From a cyanobacterium endosymbiont of Epithemia turgida isolate EtSB Lake Yunoko (lineage in GTDB: Bacteria > Cyanobacteriota > Cyanobacteriia > Cyanobacteriales > Microcystaceae): a DNA stretch of 32,000 nt. Numbering within the stretch: the first letter of the stretch is position 1; each line of letters begins with the position of its first letter. Positions 29,706 through 32,000 of this stretch are shown in pieces. A program made the position numbers and the translations under genes. The DNA lies in NCBI RefSeq assembly GCF_000829235.1, contig NZ_AP012549.1:2340001-2372000 (forward strand). Direction: 5' to 3'. Below the pieces are notes generated by a model. That model saw nothing but the letters and a program-made list of their open reading frames with translations. It was not told the origin of the DNA and did no database searches.

Positions 29706-30053
29706 TTAATCTTCAAATAAGAGATCTCCGAGAACTTTATCAAAGCAAGCTGTTCCATAAGAAGTTAAAATTTCTTTAGCCTTAGGATCTCTATTACGGT
29801 ATCTACTTAATAGATTCTGAAAGTCATTAAATGTGTGTTTACTTTTCAGTGTATTAACAGTGCAATTACATAACTTTCTGGATTCCTCCTTGGTAAGACC
29901 GGATGCTTGTGCTTCTGGGACACAATTTTTTTGATAGAAATCTGCAAAGGGATCTGGTGCAGCGCTTACATTTTTAGAAGTAGAGACAATTGACACTGTT
30001 ATTACTACTAGTAAAGTTAGTAAGGTAAATATATGGCGAGTATTATTAATCAT
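29706..30053 (-). CDS. small secreted/periplasmic Cys-containing protein (115 aa), unknown function
   Basis: Signal-anchor FTLLTLLVVITVSIVS...VSAAP and four Cys in the mature part. It lies 64 nt upstream of the RND gene on the same strand. Confidence 0.6.
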   Translation of the reverse strand: MINNTRHIFTLLTLLVVITVSIVSTSKNVSAAPDPFADFYQKNCVPEAQASGLTKEESRKLCNCTVNTLKSKHTFNDFQNLLSRYRNRDPKAKEILTSYGTACFDKVLGDLLFED

Positions 30054-30220
30054 AAATCTAGGGTCGACTCCAGACGATCCAGTGAACTAACAAACAAATA
30101 GTTTTATTCTGCGCTCTCAGTGTACTCTTACCCGAGGTAAAAAAATAATTTTCACTACGACAGTTTTAAGAATTGCATAAATTACATAATTTTTGATACA
30201 ATAGTAGAGCTTATAGTAAT

Positions 30221-30291
<71 letters not shown>

Positions 30292-30551
30292 TTAAAGTTT
30301 AAACTTAGTTCAGTCAGTTTTGCTCCAACTATTATGTATGTTTTTGCGAAGCAACTTATAATTGTTTTTCTGGTTTACTAGAGAAATTGTTCCATCCTAT
30401 CGACAAGAATGTTGTTCATGGTGAACGATGTACTGATACCAGAAGATTCTGGATATTTTAGTTTAAAAACCCCAACTACTCAAAGCCCCAAAATTAAAAA
30501 TTCTCAGAGACTGTTTGTAGACACACCATTAACGCTTTTTATTCCTCTACA

Positions 30552-31053
30552 CTATTGAAGATAAAGCAGCATAAACAAAATAATCCGAATAACATCAACA
30601 AAATGCCAGAATATTGACTGACATTAATATCGGGTTTACTGGAAGTGTAATTTACCTGGTATCAAACAACGACAATATATAAATAACAATAAAATTATTA
30701 TTGTCAAGACATGTAACCCATAAAATACTATCAACAAACAGATAGAAGATTTCGTTAGTTAAACAGCATCCAGTTTAAAAGTGTGTGATGCCATTCTATA
30801 CCTTGTAGGATCAAAAAATAATGCCTAATAGAGTCGTTAATAACCACAGTCAACAAAAGCTAACTAACTTGCTTTGTTTGAGAGAATCTTCATTAAAATA
30901 AAAAACAAAATTTAATATAATTCTGTTTTTTAGAGGAAGCTCTAATTTAGAAAATTTAGGAAAAAATAAGTTATTTTTAAAAATATAGGAGAATATAAGT
31001 AAGCGACAAGAAAATGAAGTAATCGTGATAACCGGCTTCAACACAGTAACCAT
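30552..31053 (-). pseudogene. ctaE: heme-copper (cytochrome c) oxidase subunit III pseudogene
   Basis: The minus strand reads WHFVDVIRIILFMLLYLQ* (30608-30552), matching the family C-terminus WYWHFVDVVWLFLF..IY. Upstream fragments are LWLLTTLLGIIF(stop)...QGIEW and YFMGYMS (vs TGFHGLHV), in shifted frames with several stops. ORF 30850..31053 is in frame with the LWLLTT segment across a TGA. Confidence 0.65.
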
Positions 31054-31443
31054 AAATAAGTCACTTGATTTCTAAAAAGTCAATTAATCTGTTCTTTATT
31101 TAGTTGACTCTTTAAATTGAGTTGAATTACTCATTGAATTTTAAATAAAGATTTGAATAAAGATATTAACTATAAATTACTATGAAGGTTTCGAGTTTTG
31201 CAACAAAATTATTCTAAATTGACATTCCGCACTTCACTTATAAATGAAGTATTATAAAAATTTATATAAACGCTTTTTTTAAAGAAGTTATTTTGTTCCT
31301 TTGAGTATTTTTATAAACTGAATTTTTATAGCAAACCTTGAAAAGATATTTGACAGTAAAAGTGGCATCTAAGTTTAGATTTTAAAATACTTTTTTACTT
31401 AAAATATAATTAATTACAAGTTAAATATATGACTATTAACACA

Positions 31444-31481
31444 AAATAATTAAGGGTGAAAATTTTCACCCTTAATTATTT
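31444..31481 (-). terminator. terminator-like 38-nt perfect palindrome 20 nt downstream of the murA stop
   Basis: aaataattaagggtgaaaa|ttttcacccttaattattt. The minus-strand continuation is tgtgtt (U-rich). Confidence 0.6.
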
Positions 31482-31500
31482 ATATTTCTACTTTTAACTA

Positions 31501-32000
31501 CTAATTAGTTACTGTTGAATATGAGGTTAATTCTTCTTTAGAGGTAAGATTAATTCGACGGAGATTAGCCCCTAATTGACGTAACTTTCCTTCTAAATTA
31601 TCGTAACCACGATCTAAATGATGTAACCCCTGTACTAAGGTCTTTCCTTGAGCTGCTAAGCCCGATAATACTAAAGCAGCTGAAGCCCGTAAATCCGTTG
31701 CCATGACTGGCGCACCCGAAAGGAAGGGAACTCCACGTACCAAAGCAATGTTACCTTTAACGCGGATATCTGCTCCCATTCGTTGGAACTCTGCCACATG
31801 GCGCAGACGATTTTCAAATACAGTTTCGGTGATAACACTATTGCCTTCACTTAGGGTTAGCAAAGCCATAAATTGGGCTTGCATATCAGTGGGAAACCCA
31901 GGAAAGGGTAAGGTTTCAATGTCAGTTGACCGTAACGGTGCAGGAATTAAACGTAAACGATTAGGTTCTTCGATGATTACCTGGGGTCCGATAGCTCGCA
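31501..32000 (-). CDS. murA: UDP-N-acetylglucosamine 1-carboxyvinyltransferase, C-terminal part (5' end beyond the window)
   Basis: The frame is open to the window edge: ...[76 protein letters not shown]...[19 protein letters not shown]...[20 protein letters not shown]. Confidence 0.9.
   Translation of the reverse strand, partial: RAIGPQVIIEEPNRLRLIPAPLRSTDIETLPFPGFPTDMQAQFMALLTLSEGNSVITETVFENRLRHVAEFQRMGADIRVKGNIALVRGVPFLSGAPVMATDLRASAALVLSGLAAQGKTLVQGLHHLDRGYDNLEGKLRQLGANLRRINLTSKEELTSYSTVTN

Noticed and set aside
8502-29720. Track ORFs antisense to, or in alternate frames overlapping, well-supported genes: 8502..8702, 15422..15604, 16029..16280, 16992..17177, 20278..20547, 21097..21285, 23800..24072, 24896..25081, 25343..25639, 28923..29189, 29391..29720
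   Set aside because: They lie opposite or overlap strongly supported CDSs and have odd composition (R/S/C-rich). No motifs were recognised. These are typical shadow ORFs.

Overview
AT-rich cyanobacterial chromosomal window. The cyanobacterial call rests on a PlmA-type GntR regulator, RimO, a CrhR-like DEAD-box helicase and one HIP1 octamer GCGATCGC at 21301-21308. Intact genes are: a left-edge partial ORF, plmA-like GntR, a double RNase III-like protein, a TPR protein, upp, a YtxH-like protein, a polytopic membrane protein, ribF, a diheme cytochrome c, a MASE1-GAF histidine kinase divergent from a NarL-type regulator, a DEAD-box helicase, rimO, an RND pump with a small Cys-containing secreted protein, tRNA-Cys(GCA) and the murA 3' part. 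Summing the intact genes gives about 16.8 kb of 32 kb (~52%). The rest is very AT-rich spacer. Inside the spacers I could read three clear pseudogenes by eye: a cobM/cbiF-type precorrin-4 methyltransferase, menB naphthoate synthase and heme-copper oxidase subunit III. There is also one frameshifted small ORF. I saw no CRISPR array, transposase, integrase or recognisable defence system, and I do not claim a confirmed novel system. The most unusual items are: (1) a 302-bp, ~97% identical inverted-repeat pair bracketing ribF as the only enclosed gene; (2) a 330-aa protein with two tandem, catalytically degenerate RNase III-like domains; (3) the overall gene-decay pattern (B12, phylloquinone and terminal-oxidase genes dead), typical of a reductively evolving, possibly host-associated cyanobacterium; (4) several long perfect hairpins stranded in spacers, one closing a small SD-preceded hydrophobic ORF. 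All homology statements are by-eye motif recognition and need database confirmation.
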